64,000 nt of DNA, from the NCBI GenBank assembly GCA_041483895.1, contig JBGPGO010000008.1, forward strand, positions 1 to 64,000, given 5' to 3'. The stretch is from Fimbriimonadia bacterium. Its GTDB lineage: Bacteria; Armatimonadota; Fimbriimonadia; Fimbriimonadales; JABRVX01. The position numbers and the translations under genes are program-made. The notes beneath the pieces were generated by a model that was not told the DNA's origin, did not search any database, and saw only the letters and a program-made list of their open reading frames with translations. Shown one piece after another: positions 1 to 8,871 of the stretch. Position 1 is the first letter of the stretch; the number at the start of each line of letters is the position of its first letter.

Positions 1-420
1 ACGTTCGCTGGAGATCAATGAGAAGCTCGCTCCGAATTCGTTGGATGTGGCGGGGAGCCTGAACAATCTCGGCAACGTGGCCGAGGATCGCGGCGATCAG
101 GTCTTGGCGGAAAGCTATCTCAAACGTTCGCTGGAGATCAATGAGAAGCTCGCTCCGAATTCGTTGGATGTGGCGGGGAGCCTCATCAATCTCGGCAACG
201 TGGCCTGGAGTCGCGGCGATCTGGCCTCGGCGGAAGGCTATTACAAACGTTCGCTCGAGATTCGGGAGAAGCTCGCGCCGGGATCGCTGAATGTGGCCAA
301 GAACCTGAACAATCTCGGCAACGTGGCCGCCGGGCGCGGCGATCTGGCCTCGGCGGAAGGCTATTACAAACAGGCGCTGGAGATCAAGGAGAAGCTCGCG
401 CCGGGATCGCTCGATCTGGC
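1..420 (+). repeat. 123-bp tandem coding repeats (TPR units)
   Basis: Bases 1-60 recur exactly at 124-183; later units are near-identical. Confidence 0.85.
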
Positions 421-2065
421 GGAATGCCTGGACGGTCTTGGACTCCTGGCAAAGAGACAAGGGGACCTGAAACAGGCAACAACGCTGCTCTCCCAAGCCA
501 TCGACCTCGTGGAGAAGCAACGGGCCGTCATTCGCAATCCGGAAGCGCGGGGAATGCTGACGGAACGGCAGGACTACTTCAGCAGCCTGATCCATGTTCA
601 GATCGAAGCCCACGACCTGCCGGGGTCTTTCTATACATTGGAACGCTCTCGCGGTCGGGTGATGGCGGATCGTATTGCCGAGCGGGGGGTGGATTTCACG
701 GCGGACGCTCCGAAGGAGCTTTTGGACAGGCAGGCGCAGTTGGACCGGCGTCTATCCATCGCGATGACGGCGCTGCAGAAATTGGACAAGTCGGATTCGG
801 CGGTAGGGGATAAGCTGCGGTTGGAGGTGGAGAGCGTAAGGGTTACCCAGCGGGAATTAGATGATCGGTTCCGGGCGGTATCTCCCAAGTATGCTTCGAT
901 ACAATATCCCAAGCCGCTCAACCTCGCGGGAGCCCAGGCGGCGCTCGATGACGGAACGGTGCTCCTCACCTATTATCTGGCCGAGAAAAAAATCTATCTC
1001 TTCGTTGTCACAAAGTCCTCCCTTCGATTGGTTAATGTGGATAAGGACCTGAAAACTCTAATTGAGGAGGTGGGAAGCTATCGAACCAGGCTGATGAAAA
1101 CCGATGTGACGCGCGAGGGGCTGGCGCTCTATGACCTCTTGGTTCGGCCCGCCCAGAAAGAGGTGGAGGGTTCGAAAAGGGTTCTCCTCTGCCCCGACGG
1201 GTGCCTGAACAATCTTCCGTTTGGCTCTTTGGTGGTCTCTGCCAAGGAGAACACGGGGGAGCGGGGGGTGGTGGCGGTCGCCACCCAGGCTGCCTTTGCG
1301 GATGTGGTCTATTTCTCGGACCTTCGTCCCTTGCATAGCGTTGTCTCGATGACGGTGTATGCCGAGACCTTGAAGGCGCGTGCCAGGAAGAAGGAAGGTT
1401 TGACGCCGCTCGTTGCCTTCGGGGACCCGGACTATGCGGGGTTCGAAGACACGAGCGCGACCCGGTCGGCCTTGCGGGGTGTGGAGCTAAAGCCGCTTCC
1501 GGGGACCAAGGACGAGGTAAACGCGATCGCTTCGAAGGTAACCGGCGCGAGCGTGCTGCTTTCTGATAAGGCGACGGAAACCTCCGCAAAGGAGCTTGCC
1601 GGCAAGGCTATGATGCTTCACTTTGCCTGCCACGGACTCTTGAACGACGCCGACCCGCTGCGCTCCTCGCTCGCGCTCACTCCGGATGAACCGAAGAACG
1701 ACGGCTTTCTGCAGGGCTGGGAGGTTCTGGGTCTATCGCTGAATGCCGACCTGACGGTGCTGTCCGCCTGCGAAACGGCCTTGGGTCAGGTGACGAAGAG
1801 CGAGGGCGTGGACGGGCTTGTGCGCTGCCTGTTGTTTGCGGGTTCGCGCTCGGTCCTTGCGAGTTTGTGGCAGATTAGAGACGACAGCACGGCATGCCTG
1901 ATGACAAACTTCTACCAGAACCTAAAGGGAGGCGATGCCAAGGATGTTGCACTGCAAAAGGCGATGAAGACAGTGCGAGAGACGAAGGAGTGGAACGGCA
2001 AGAAGCGCGACTGGTCCCGTCCCTACTACTGGGCGCCCTTCACCCTCACCGGCGACTGGCGGTAA
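1..2065 (+). CDS. TPR-repeat + CHAT (caspase-like) domain protein, 5' end outside window
   Basis: 41-aa TPR-like repeats (SLNNLGNVA..RGD) open from base 1; C-terminal CHAT motifs HFACHG and VLSACET (His/Cys dyad), ending in PYYWAPF. Confidence 0.93.
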   Translation, partial: RSLEINEKLAPNSLDVAGSLNNLGNVAEDRGDQVLAESYLKRSLEINEKLAPNSLDVAGSLINLGNVAWSRGDLASAEGYYKRSLEIREKLAPGSLNVAKNLNNLGNVAAGRGDLASAEGYYKQALEIKEKLAPGSLDLAECLDGLGLLAKRQGDLKQATTLLSQAIDLVEKQRAVIRNPEARGMLTERQDYFSSLIHVQIEAHDLPGSFYTLERSRGRVMADRIAERGVDFTADAPKELLDRQAQLDRRLSIAMTALQKLDKSDSAVGDKLRLEVESVRVTQRELDDRFRAVSPKYASIQYPKPLNLAGAQAALDDGTVLLTYYLAEKKIYLFVVTKSSLRLVNVDKDLKTLIEEVGSYRTRLMKTDVTREGLALYDLLVRPAQKEVEGSKRVLLCPDGCLNNLPFGSLVVSAKENTGERGVVAVATQAAFADVVYFSDLRPLHSVVSMTVYAETLKARARKKEGLTPLVAFGDPDYAGFEDTSATRSALRGVELKPLPGTKDEVNAIASKVTGASVLLSDKATETSAKELAGKAMMLHFACHGLLNDADPLRSSLALTPDEPKNDGFLQGWEVLGLSLNADLTVLSACETALGQVTKSEGVDGLVRCLLFAGSRSVLASLWQIRDDSTACLMTNFYQNLKGGDAKDVALQKAMKTVRETKEWNGKKRDWSRPYYWAPFTLTGDWR

Positions 2066-2067
2066 CG

Positions 2068-2231
2068 GGGGAGCGCCGGCATCCTGCCGGCATTGAACTC
2101 ATCTGACTGATCGGACCTATACGACCGATATGTCCTATCTCGGAGTGCCTCCCTCCGGCCGGCAAAGGTCAATGCCGCCAGGAAGAAAGCGCTCCCGGAA
2201 AAGCAATGTCGGCATCCTCCCGGCGCTACCC
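2068..2231. repeat. Mosaic REP-like element (family A plus GGACCTATA-type 9-mers)
   Basis: GGGAGCGCCGGCATCCTGCCGGC with a degenerate inverted partner; similar to 8563-8752, 43286-43337, 47260-47320. Confidence 0.65.
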
Positions 2232-3023
2232 TAGGCGCTCCCCGAGAAATGCGAAAGGCCCGGGCGATTGCCCGAGCCTATGCGATTGCTGCGGTAGGAC
2301 GGATGAGACATACGACCGGCGGCGGCTGATGAGGCCGACGATGCCCAGACCGATGGCGGCCAAAGTGCCCGGTTCCGGCACGCACGTGGTGCTTACCTCG
2401 TACGCGGCGTTGTTCTTCAACCTCACTGCGGTACCAAGAGTGAACGAGTTGGTCGGGTCGATACCGACGGCGTCATTCTGCGTCCAGGCGCCCAGAACGT
2501 AGGGCAAACTGTTCTCAAGGATGAACGTTTGGCCGATGTCTTGGAAGTCCGCATCGACGGCGACGCCGATCCAATAATGCCCGGTGGTTCCGAGGTTGAG
2601 GTTCAGGTTGTTGAACGTGGCGACATATGCCGGGTTGACGGCGCTGGTGCCACCCAACGGATTTATCACGGCGGTCGTTCGGTACGCTTGCGCAACGGTG
2701 TTGCCGTTCAGCGCGAAGCCAGAACCTGCGGGGTCCGCGACGCTGCTCCAGAAGGAAATCTGATAGCCACGAATTTTGCTGACGTCCAGTACGCCGGTAA
2801 TTTCAAACGCTACGCTGACCGAATCTACGATATTGCCGGTGGCATAAAAGTCGTCGATCACTGTACCGCTGAACGGGACGTCCGACATGATTTGCATGAC
2901 TCCAAATACCGGCATGGAACCGAGAGTGCCGCCTTGGACATCGATGTGGTCCATGTCAACTGACGCGTTGGCGACTGCGCCGATGGCCGCGCAAGAGACA
3001 ATGGCGAGAGTTCGAATCTTCAC
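2226..3023 (-). CDS. PEP-CTERM sorting domain protein (paralog 1)
   Basis: GTG start after AGAGGAG; signal peptide; VPEP + TM + RRR; similar to 3271-3987 throughout. Confidence 0.9.
   Translation of the reverse strand: MKIRTLAIVSCAAIGAVANASVDMDHIDVQGGTLGSMPVFGVMQIMSDVPFSGTVIDDFYATGNIVDSVSVAFEITGVLDVSKIRGYQISFWSSVADPAGSGFALNGNTVAQAYRTTAVINPLGGTSAVNPAYVATFNNLNLNLGTTGHYWIGVAVDADFQDIGQTFILENSLPYVLGAWTQNDAVGIDPTNSFTLGTAVRLKNNAAYEVSTTCVPEPGTLAAIGLGIVGLISRRRSYVSSVLPQQSHRLGQSPGPFAFLGERLG
2256..2279 (-). terminator. Terminator-like hairpin inside the extended 3' end of PEP-CTERM paralog 1
   Basis: Minus strand AGGCTCGGGC-AATC-GCCCGGGCCT followed by TTCGCATTT. Confidence 0.55.
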
Positions 3024-3150
3024 TTTATATTGCTCCTCTTCGTGCCGGCCAGCCATTGCTATTGCCAAGGTGTGCACGCGGCCGGGTTGGTCTTTCGGTG
3101 ATGCGGACGGCCGCGGTCTCATGAATCGAGGTCCGTCTTATAAAAAGAGA

Positions 3151-3167
3151 AGCAGATTGCGTGCCAA
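3151..3167 (-). promoter_or_regulatory. sigma54 (-24/-12) promoter
   Basis: TTGGCACGCAATCTGCT on minus strand vs consensus TGGCACG-N4-TTGC; conserved upstream of the paralog. Confidence 0.75.
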
Positions 3168-3210
3168 ATGGCGTGGAGACGGCTGATGCCGGTATCTCGT
3201 TTTGCAAAAT

Positions 3211-3243
3211 GAAAAGACCCGAACTTTTGATAGTTCGGGTCTT
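3211..3243 (-). terminator. Intrinsic terminator after PEP-CTERM paralog 2
   Basis: AAGACCCGAACT/AGTTCGGGTCTT stem followed by a T-rich tail on minus strand. Confidence 0.75.
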
Positions 3244-3270
3244 GCGATGAGTCGCTATTATTGTTCGATG

Positions 3271-3987
3271 TTAGCTTCGTCGTCGGCGCAGGAAGCCTAG
3301 GAGTCCGGCGCCAACAGCAGCGAGCGTAGCCGGTTCCGGAACGCAATCGGTGACGACCTGGTAGGCCGCGTTGTTCTGCAATGGAATCGGGTTGCCCTGA
3401 CCAAAGGTGCCCAACGGGTCGATTCCAACGGCATCATTGGCCGTCCCTGCTCCGAGGATGACCGGCCAGCTGTTCTGAAGGATGAACATCTGGCCATTGT
3501 TCCCGAACGGAGCGTCGACCGAGACGCCGACCCAGTAGTGGCCGGTGCTGCCCAGATCAAGGTTCAGATTGTTGAACGTCGCGACATAAGCCTGGCTCAC
3601 CGCGCCTGTCCCAGCAAGCGGATTGATAATCGCGCTGGTCTGGAACGTTTGCGCCACTGTGTTCCCGTTTAGGAAGAAACCGGATCCCGCCGCGTCGGCA
3701 ACGCTCTTAAAGAAGGAGATCTGCCAACCTCGGACCTGGTTGAAGTCAAAGGCGGTGAAGCCTAGGTCAAACGCGACGCTGACGGATTGGACGATATTGC
3801 CCGAGGCGTTGAAATCGTCAACGACCATGCCGCTGAACGGATAGTCGGCCGCGATCTGCATGACGCCGAACGTAGGCATGTCGGCGAGCGTCCCGCTGAT
3901 CACGTTGATGTGGTCCATGTCGATTGCCGCGTTGGCGACGCCGCCGATGACCGCGCAAGAGACAACGATAAGCGATCTAAGTTTCAC
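3271..3987 (-). CDS. PEP-CTERM sorting domain protein (paralog 2)
   Basis: GTG start with SD; signal peptide; VPEPATLAAVGAGLLGFLRRRRS*. Confidence 0.92.
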   Translation of the reverse strand: MKLRSLIVVSCAVIGGVANAAIDMDHINVISGTLADMPTFGVMQIAADYPFSGMVVDDFNASGNIVQSVSVAFDLGFTAFDFNQVRGWQISFFKSVADAAGSGFFLNGNTVAQTFQTSAIINPLAGTGAVSQAYVATFNNLNLDLGSTGHYWVGVSVDAPFGNNGQMFILQNSWPVILGAGTANDAVGIDPLGTFGQGNPIPLQNNAAYQVVTDCVPEPATLAAVGAGLLGFLRRRRS

Positions 3988-4113
3988 TTGTACTGCTCCT
4001 CTTTTGCCGGCCAGGCATTGCGTCTGCGAGACCTTCGGTGCGGCCGGTTCATGTGTTTCGGTAGTGCTGGCGGACCGCGGAGTGCTGACCGCGGGCCGGT
4101 TAGAGCAGGGTGT

Positions 4114-4130
4114 TGCAGAATGCGTGCCAA
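4114..4130 (-). promoter_or_regulatory. sigma54 (-24/-12) promoter
   Basis: TTGGCACGCATTCTGCA on minus strand. Confidence 0.75.
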
Positions 4131-4190
4131 GCGGCCCTCTTCGAGCAAGATTTAACTATTGAAGTCAGGAAATTTTGCGGGTTGGCGGCC

Positions 4191-5684
4191 TTACCCGAAC
4201 CACTTTTTCAGCAGACCGGCAACTCCGCCGGGCTGGGAAGCGAGTCCTTCCACCAGTTCCTTATCCGAGCGCATCCAGCCCGGACGGAGCAGTTGGGCCG
4301 ACTCCTCGCCACCGGGTCCGGCGGTCCGCAGCAGCTCCTTCGATTGCGCCTCGGCAATGTCCGCATCCGTGGCGGCCCGGAGCAGGGAAGACATGTCTTT
4401 GATTGCGTTCAGGGTCTCCTCCGCGGAAATACGGATCAGATCGTCGTTGGAATGGATTGCCGAGCCGAGATAGTCCACGCAATCGAACTGATTGATTCCG
4501 TTGAGCCGTAGCACGGCGCGCGCCCGATCATAAGCCGTCTCCGATCCCGAGCGCAGCACCATATCCGCAATCGCATCAGGCCCGCCGATGGCCGTGATAA
4601 CCTCATACGCAAGGTCCCGGGTGTCCTGCTCGGGTGGGGCGTTCACGCACTCGGCAACAAGGCCCAGCGCATTCACCTGCCCACTGCGCGCCAAGGCCGC
4701 CACCGCCGCCATGCGGACGTTCGCGACCGGATCATTGAGGAGCGAGGACAGCGCGGTTGCCGCCTCGGCCGGTGCGCCTGGCGGAACCCCCTCAGCGACC
4801 CCAAGACGCACCACATCGCTCTCGTCATTCACCGCATGGGAAAGTGCGGCCACATACCCGGGCCGGTCGCATGCCAACAGTGCGTTGTAAGCGCCCAACC
4901 GAACCGCCGGCGCAGGATGGCCCAGTTTCGCATCGATGATCTGCCTTGCAGAACTGCCCCCGATCTTTCCCAGGGTCTCCAAGGCCTCGCGGGCAATACC
5001 GGGATCGGGGTCGTCCGTCATCGGGATGAGGCTTGCCGCTTCAATCGCATGGGCATGCTGCTTGACGGCCTGCAGCGCGGCAATCCGAATCTGTCTTGGA
5101 CCGGAGGCGGCCGCTTCCAGAAAGGCCGGCCAGATCGAATCCGGCGCTTCGAATTCAAACTCGGCGGCCCGTTGAAGCGCGAGTTCCCGATACGAGGGGT
5201 CCGACGCCGGGTCTCGCAGGATTTCCCCCAAAAGCTCCAGAGCTTCGCTTCCCTGGTATCGCAAGATGAGCCATGTTGCGGCAACTTTCCCCAGAGAGGC
5301 GCCATGCTGAAAGAGCTCCCGCATCTGACTTGGTCTCATCATGTGCGGTTCGTCGGGCAATCCCAGGGTCTTCACAATCGCCTGCACGACCTCCGGCCTG
5401 TCCGTCTTGCATAGCTCCAGCATGGGCCCGACGATTTGCGGGTCCGGGAAGTTGCGGAGCTCCTCGGCCGCCGCCAGCCGCACCTTCCAGCTCAAGTCGT
5501 TTAGCGCCTCGAGAAGCTGCTCGACCACAAAGGGACCGGCGAGCTGAGCGGCAATGCGTACGGCGGTTTCCCGCAATTTCCACGAACGGGACGACCACCC
5601 GGTGGGATAACTTCCGTGCGGACGCTTGACGGATGGCCCGTTTCCGGGGAATAGTTGTCGGGTATTGGAATCGAAGGACTCCAT
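4191..5684 (-). CDS. HEAT/PBS-lyase repeat protein (start uncertain)
   Basis: Repeated LxD...VRxAAxxAL motifs. Confidence 0.8.
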   Translation of the reverse strand: MESFDSNTRQLFPGNGPSVKRPHGSYPTGWSSRSWKLRETAVRIAAQLAGPFVVEQLLEALNDLSWKVRLAAAEELRNFPDPQIVGPMLELCKTDRPEVVQAIVKTLGLPDEPHMMRPSQMRELFQHGASLGKVAATWLILRYQGSEALELLGEILRDPASDPSYRELALQRAAEFEFEAPDSIWPAFLEAAASGPRQIRIAALQAVKQHAHAIEAASLIPMTDDPDPGIAREALETLGKIGGSSARQIIDAKLGHPAPAVRLGAYNALLACDRPGYVAALSHAVNDESDVVRLGVAEGVPPGAPAEAATALSSLLNDPVANVRMAAVAALARSGQVNALGLVAECVNAPPEQDTRDLAYEVITAIGGPDAIADMVLRSGSETAYDRARAVLRLNGINQFDCVDYLGSAIHSNDDLIRISAEETLNAIKDMSSLLRAATDADIAEAQSKELLRTAGPGGEESAQLLRPGWMRSDKELVEGLASQPGGVAGLLKKWFG

Positions 5685-7284
5685 CGCAGTTGATTTTGGC
5701 ACGACGAATACCATCGTTGCGCAGTGGACGGGCACGCGGGCGGAATGCGTCGAACTCGACAACATAACTGTTCATGAGCCTACTTGGGGCACGCCTCTGG
5801 TGCCCTCAGTCATCTATTTTAATGAGCCGGACCAGGTTGTCATCGGCTCCCGCGCCCTCAGCGCTATCGAGGCGGACCGGACGGTGGTTCTCGCGCCGGA
5901 ACGCGCTCCCTGGGCTCTAGCCGTCAAAAAGCAGCTTCTTTGGGATAGCTCGAAAGTGGTCTCCACCTGTGACCACAGAGCGATCACGGCCAGAGAAGCG
6001 GCATTGCTGTTCCTGACCGAGTTAATGCAGGAGTGCCTCAAGGAGGAGGCCCTGCGTGGCAAGCGGGGCTGCCTCGGCGGTTGGATGGTTCGCCACAACA
6101 GGCCCCACATCTCGCACCTCACGCTCACCACGCCGGTCGAATGCCACGAACCGTACCGGTTGGAGCTAGGTCGAATGGGGTCTCGCATCGGGGCTACCAA
6201 GGTGTCACTGCTGGATGAGCCGGTTGCCGCCGCACTTGGGTATGGCGTGGACCTGACCAACGAACAGGTCCTGATGGTGTTCGACTTTGGGGGCGGCACC
6301 ATTCAATCGGCCATCGTTCGGACGACGCCGGGAACCGGACATGAGCAGGTCGGTCGAAGATCGTCGATGCTTGCCACACGGGGCGAGATCGATTTCGGTG
6401 GCAGAACCGTCGATGGATGGCTCCAGGATATGCTACGGCCGCGCCTGCCTCGTGGCGCGGAGACGGAAGATTGGTTGCGACGCAATGCCGAGCTGATCAA
6501 AATCACTCTGTCCGCGGAAGATGCCCCACCCAGTATCCGATTCGCCGCCCCGTCGGGCGTGCAGATAGAGATCACGCGGGACGAGTTCCTGCACCTCTTG
6601 GAAGAAAAGGGAATGTACAAGACCATCGACTCGATGCTGAGCGATCTGTTCGACGACCTATACAAGCGCCACGGATTTGGCCCGGAGGGCATCCAGGCGG
6701 TTCTTCCCGTCGGCGGATCGACACTGCTTCCCAAAGTGCGGCGCAACCTGCTCGACATGTTCGGACCCAGCCGCGTTTGGTACGACAGCCCGTTCGATGC
6801 GGTGGCAAAGGGGGGCGCGATATTTGGGGCGGGGGCGGTTGTCGACCAGATCGTCCACCATGATTATGCGGTCCGGCTGTTCGACGACAAGAACAACCGG
6901 CCCGAATATGAGCTGCTGGTGCCCCGTGGAACCTCCTTCCCGACCGCCGGAGCCATCGCCACCCGATACTACAGCGTGGCGAAGGCGCAGCGCGAGTTCC
7001 GTCTCCCCATCTGCGAGGTTGGATATTCCGGCCGGCGTTCGGTGCCTTGGCGGGCGAGGGCGCAGGCCAACTATTGGAACCCGGATACCGAGCACGAACA
7101 GGAGGCGATTGTCTGCCTGAACGCCGGGGACGTGATCCGAATGGCCTCGCCTGGGACTGGAAACGAGGCAAGATTGCGTATTGAATTCTGGTTGGACGAG
7201 CAACGTCACCTCGTCGCTAGTATTTATGACCTATCTCGCAAGTCCTATATGAGAGAAAAAGAACGTGTCGTGCAACTGAGATAG
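5665..7284 (+). CDS. Atypical Hsp70/DnaK-family protein
   Basis: IAVDFGTTN, LDEPVAAALGYG, VFDFGGGT, VGGSTLLP; short non-canonical C-terminus; probable TTG start. Confidence 0.88.
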   Translation: MESKDSIAVDFGTTNTIVAQWTGTRAECVELDNITVHEPTWGTPLVPSVIYFNEPDQVVIGSRALSAIEADRTVVLAPERAPWALAVKKQLLWDSSKVVSTCDHRAITAREAALLFLTELMQECLKEEALRGKRGCLGGWMVRHNRPHISHLTLTTPVECHEPYRLELGRMGSRIGATKVSLLDEPVAAALGYGVDLTNEQVLMVFDFGGGTIQSAIVRTTPGTGHEQVGRRSSMLATRGEIDFGGRTVDGWLQDMLRPRLPRGAETEDWLRRNAELIKITLSAEDAPPSIRFAAPSGVQIEITRDEFLHLLEEKGMYKTIDSMLSDLFDDLYKRHGFGPEGIQAVLPVGGSTLLPKVRRNLLDMFGPSRVWYDSPFDAVAKGGAIFGAGAVVDQIVHHDYAVRLFDDKNNRPEYELLVPRGTSFPTAGAIATRYYSVAKAQREFRLPICEVGYSGRRSVPWRARAQANYWNPDTEHEQEAIVCLNAGDVIRMASPGTGNEARLRIEFWLDEQRHLVASIYDLSRKSYMREKERVVQLR

Positions 7285-7352
7285 GGATGCGGCGTAGTTG
7301 TGGAGGGCTCCGTTCCATCGGAGCCGTACTGAGAAGGGGAAACAATGAACGA

Positions 7353-8591
7353 ATGAGCAACAATCAAGCGTCTGCCCAAATCTTGCCGACGGTCGGCCTA
7401 GCCTGGATATCTCTCGTCGTTCTTGCCCTGGCGACCGGTGTGGTGCTGGAATTCAACTACGGCGCCGCCACGGCGTACAAAAGCGTCGAAGCGATTCAGT
7501 CCGTGAAATTTTGGGCCTGGTTCCGCGGCGTTCATCACTGGTGCTCCGCCGGCAGCATCATCGTCGGCTTTCTTTGGCTGGTGCAGGGGCTGTTTGAGGG
7601 GGCCTATCGTAAGCCCAATCAGCTTCGATGGATCGCGGCGGTCATGGGGCTTTTCATCGTCTATCTGTTCCAACTGACCGGGCACAGCCTTCCCTGGGAT
7701 CAGCGGGCGGTGCGCACAACCGCTATCGAGACCGGGATCGCGGCGGACGCGCCAGGATTCGGACCGGCCCAAGCCCGTTTCTTGCGCCAAGGCGATGAGG
7801 TGGGAGACCAGACCCTCGGCTTCTGGCACAAGGCGCACATTTGGTTCATCCCCGCCGCGCTGCTCGCGCTGGTCATTATCCCAATGGGGATCGCAAAACC
7901 GGGCGCAAAGGGCTCTTGGGGCCTCGCCATCATTTTGATCGTGACGATCATGGCCATATCAGGGGTGATGGGCGCGCCGACGTTGGACCTGACGCCGACG
8001 GCGAGCGACTTTGCGGGTGGGCCACAGCCGCCGGAATGGTATGTCTACCCGCTTCATGGGATGCTCCGGCTGTTTCAGGGGATGAGTCCGTCGGTCACCT
8101 TCGTCGGGACGATGGTGATCCCCGGTCTGGCGCTCGTCTGCCTGCTGCTGCTCCCTTGGCTGGATCGGTCGAGTTCGGGCGGATTGGGGAAGGCGCTCGC
8201 TGGGATCGGGGTTGTTGCCATTGCCTTGCTGTCCGTGATGGGTTACAATTCCGCGACCGCTGCACTCGCTACCGAGTCGGATCCACCGCCACCATCCAAG
8301 TTGTCCGTGAACCCGGAACTGATCGACAAGGGAAGGGCGCTGTTTGGCAAGGCAAATTGCAGTGCGTGTCATAAGTTGGCCGGCAAGGGCGGGATCGTCG
8401 GCCCGCCGCTGGACAACGAGGGCGGCAGGCACCCGGACCTGCAGTGGCAAATGGACCACCTTAAAGACCCCAAGAAGATGTCTCCCGGCTCCACCATGCC
8501 GTCGCAGTCGCAATACTCCAACGAGGACCTAACAGCGCTGGCCAACTACTTATTGTCCCTAAAGGGAATGCCGGCTTCCGGCCGGCATTAA
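7353..8591 (+). CDS. Cytochrome b/b6-like protein fused to a C-terminal class I cytochrome c
   Basis: RGVHHW, GHSLPWDQ, PEWY, several TM helices, CSACH and a distal Met in STMP. Confidence 0.88.
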   Translation: MSNNQASAQILPTVGLAWISLVVLALATGVVLEFNYGAATAYKSVEAIQSVKFWAWFRGVHHWCSAGSIIVGFLWLVQGLFEGAYRKPNQLRWIAAVMGLFIVYLFQLTGHSLPWDQRAVRTTAIETGIAADAPGFGPAQARFLRQGDEVGDQTLGFWHKAHIWFIPAALLALVIIPMGIAKPGAKGSWGLAIILIVTIMAISGVMGAPTLDLTPTASDFAGGPQPPEWYVYPLHGMLRLFQGMSPSVTFVGTMVIPGLALVCLLLLPWLDRSSSGGLGKALAGIGVVAIALLSVMGYNSATAALATESDPPPPSKLSVNPELIDKGRALFGKANCSACHKLAGKGGIVGPPLDNEGGRHPDLQWQMDHLKDPKKMSPGSTMPSQSQYSNEDLTALANYLLSLKGMPASGRH

Positions 8592-8752
8592 CCGGGGAAG
8601 CGCGTCGGACATATAGGACTTATAGGACCTATACGACCTATCTGTCCTATCCGGGATGGCAGCTCTCCCCGTAACGCTGGCTTCCAGCCGGCTTCCAGCA
8701 GATAGGTAGTATCGGACATATAGGACTTATGCGACCTATACGACCTATCGGG
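8563..8752. repeat. Mosaic REP-like element with tandem GGAC(A/C/T)TATA 9-mers
   Basis: Two blocks TCGGACATATAGGACTTAT..GACCTATACGACCTAT plus GTAACGCTGGCTTCCAGCCGGC (identical at 47261). Confidence 0.7.
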
Positions 8753-8778
8753 GATGGTATCATGCTCGAAACTGGGAG

Positions 8779-8831
8779 GGCGATGGAGTCCGCCAGAACC
8801 GTCCCGTTGTATCGGGGCTAATGGCTCCTAC
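8779..8831 (+). ncRNA. Fluoride riboswitch (crcB motif)
   Basis: GGCGATGGAGTCCGCC...AAC...GCTAATGGCTCCTAC matches the crcB consensus; lies upstream of an antiporter and DUF190. Confidence 0.92.
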
Positions 8832-8871
8832 TACAAAACCTCGGGCTAAATGCCCGTAGTAGGAGGCTAAG

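Noticed and set aside
1..2065. Craspase (type III-E CRISPR-associated TPR-CHAT)
   Set aside because: No Cas7-11 or array is visible; generic TPR-CHAT architecture.
3024..3120. c-di-GMP-I riboswitch in the PEP-CTERM leaders
   Set aside because: Lacks the GCAAA..GAAA..GACGCAAAG core; kept only as an unknown motif.
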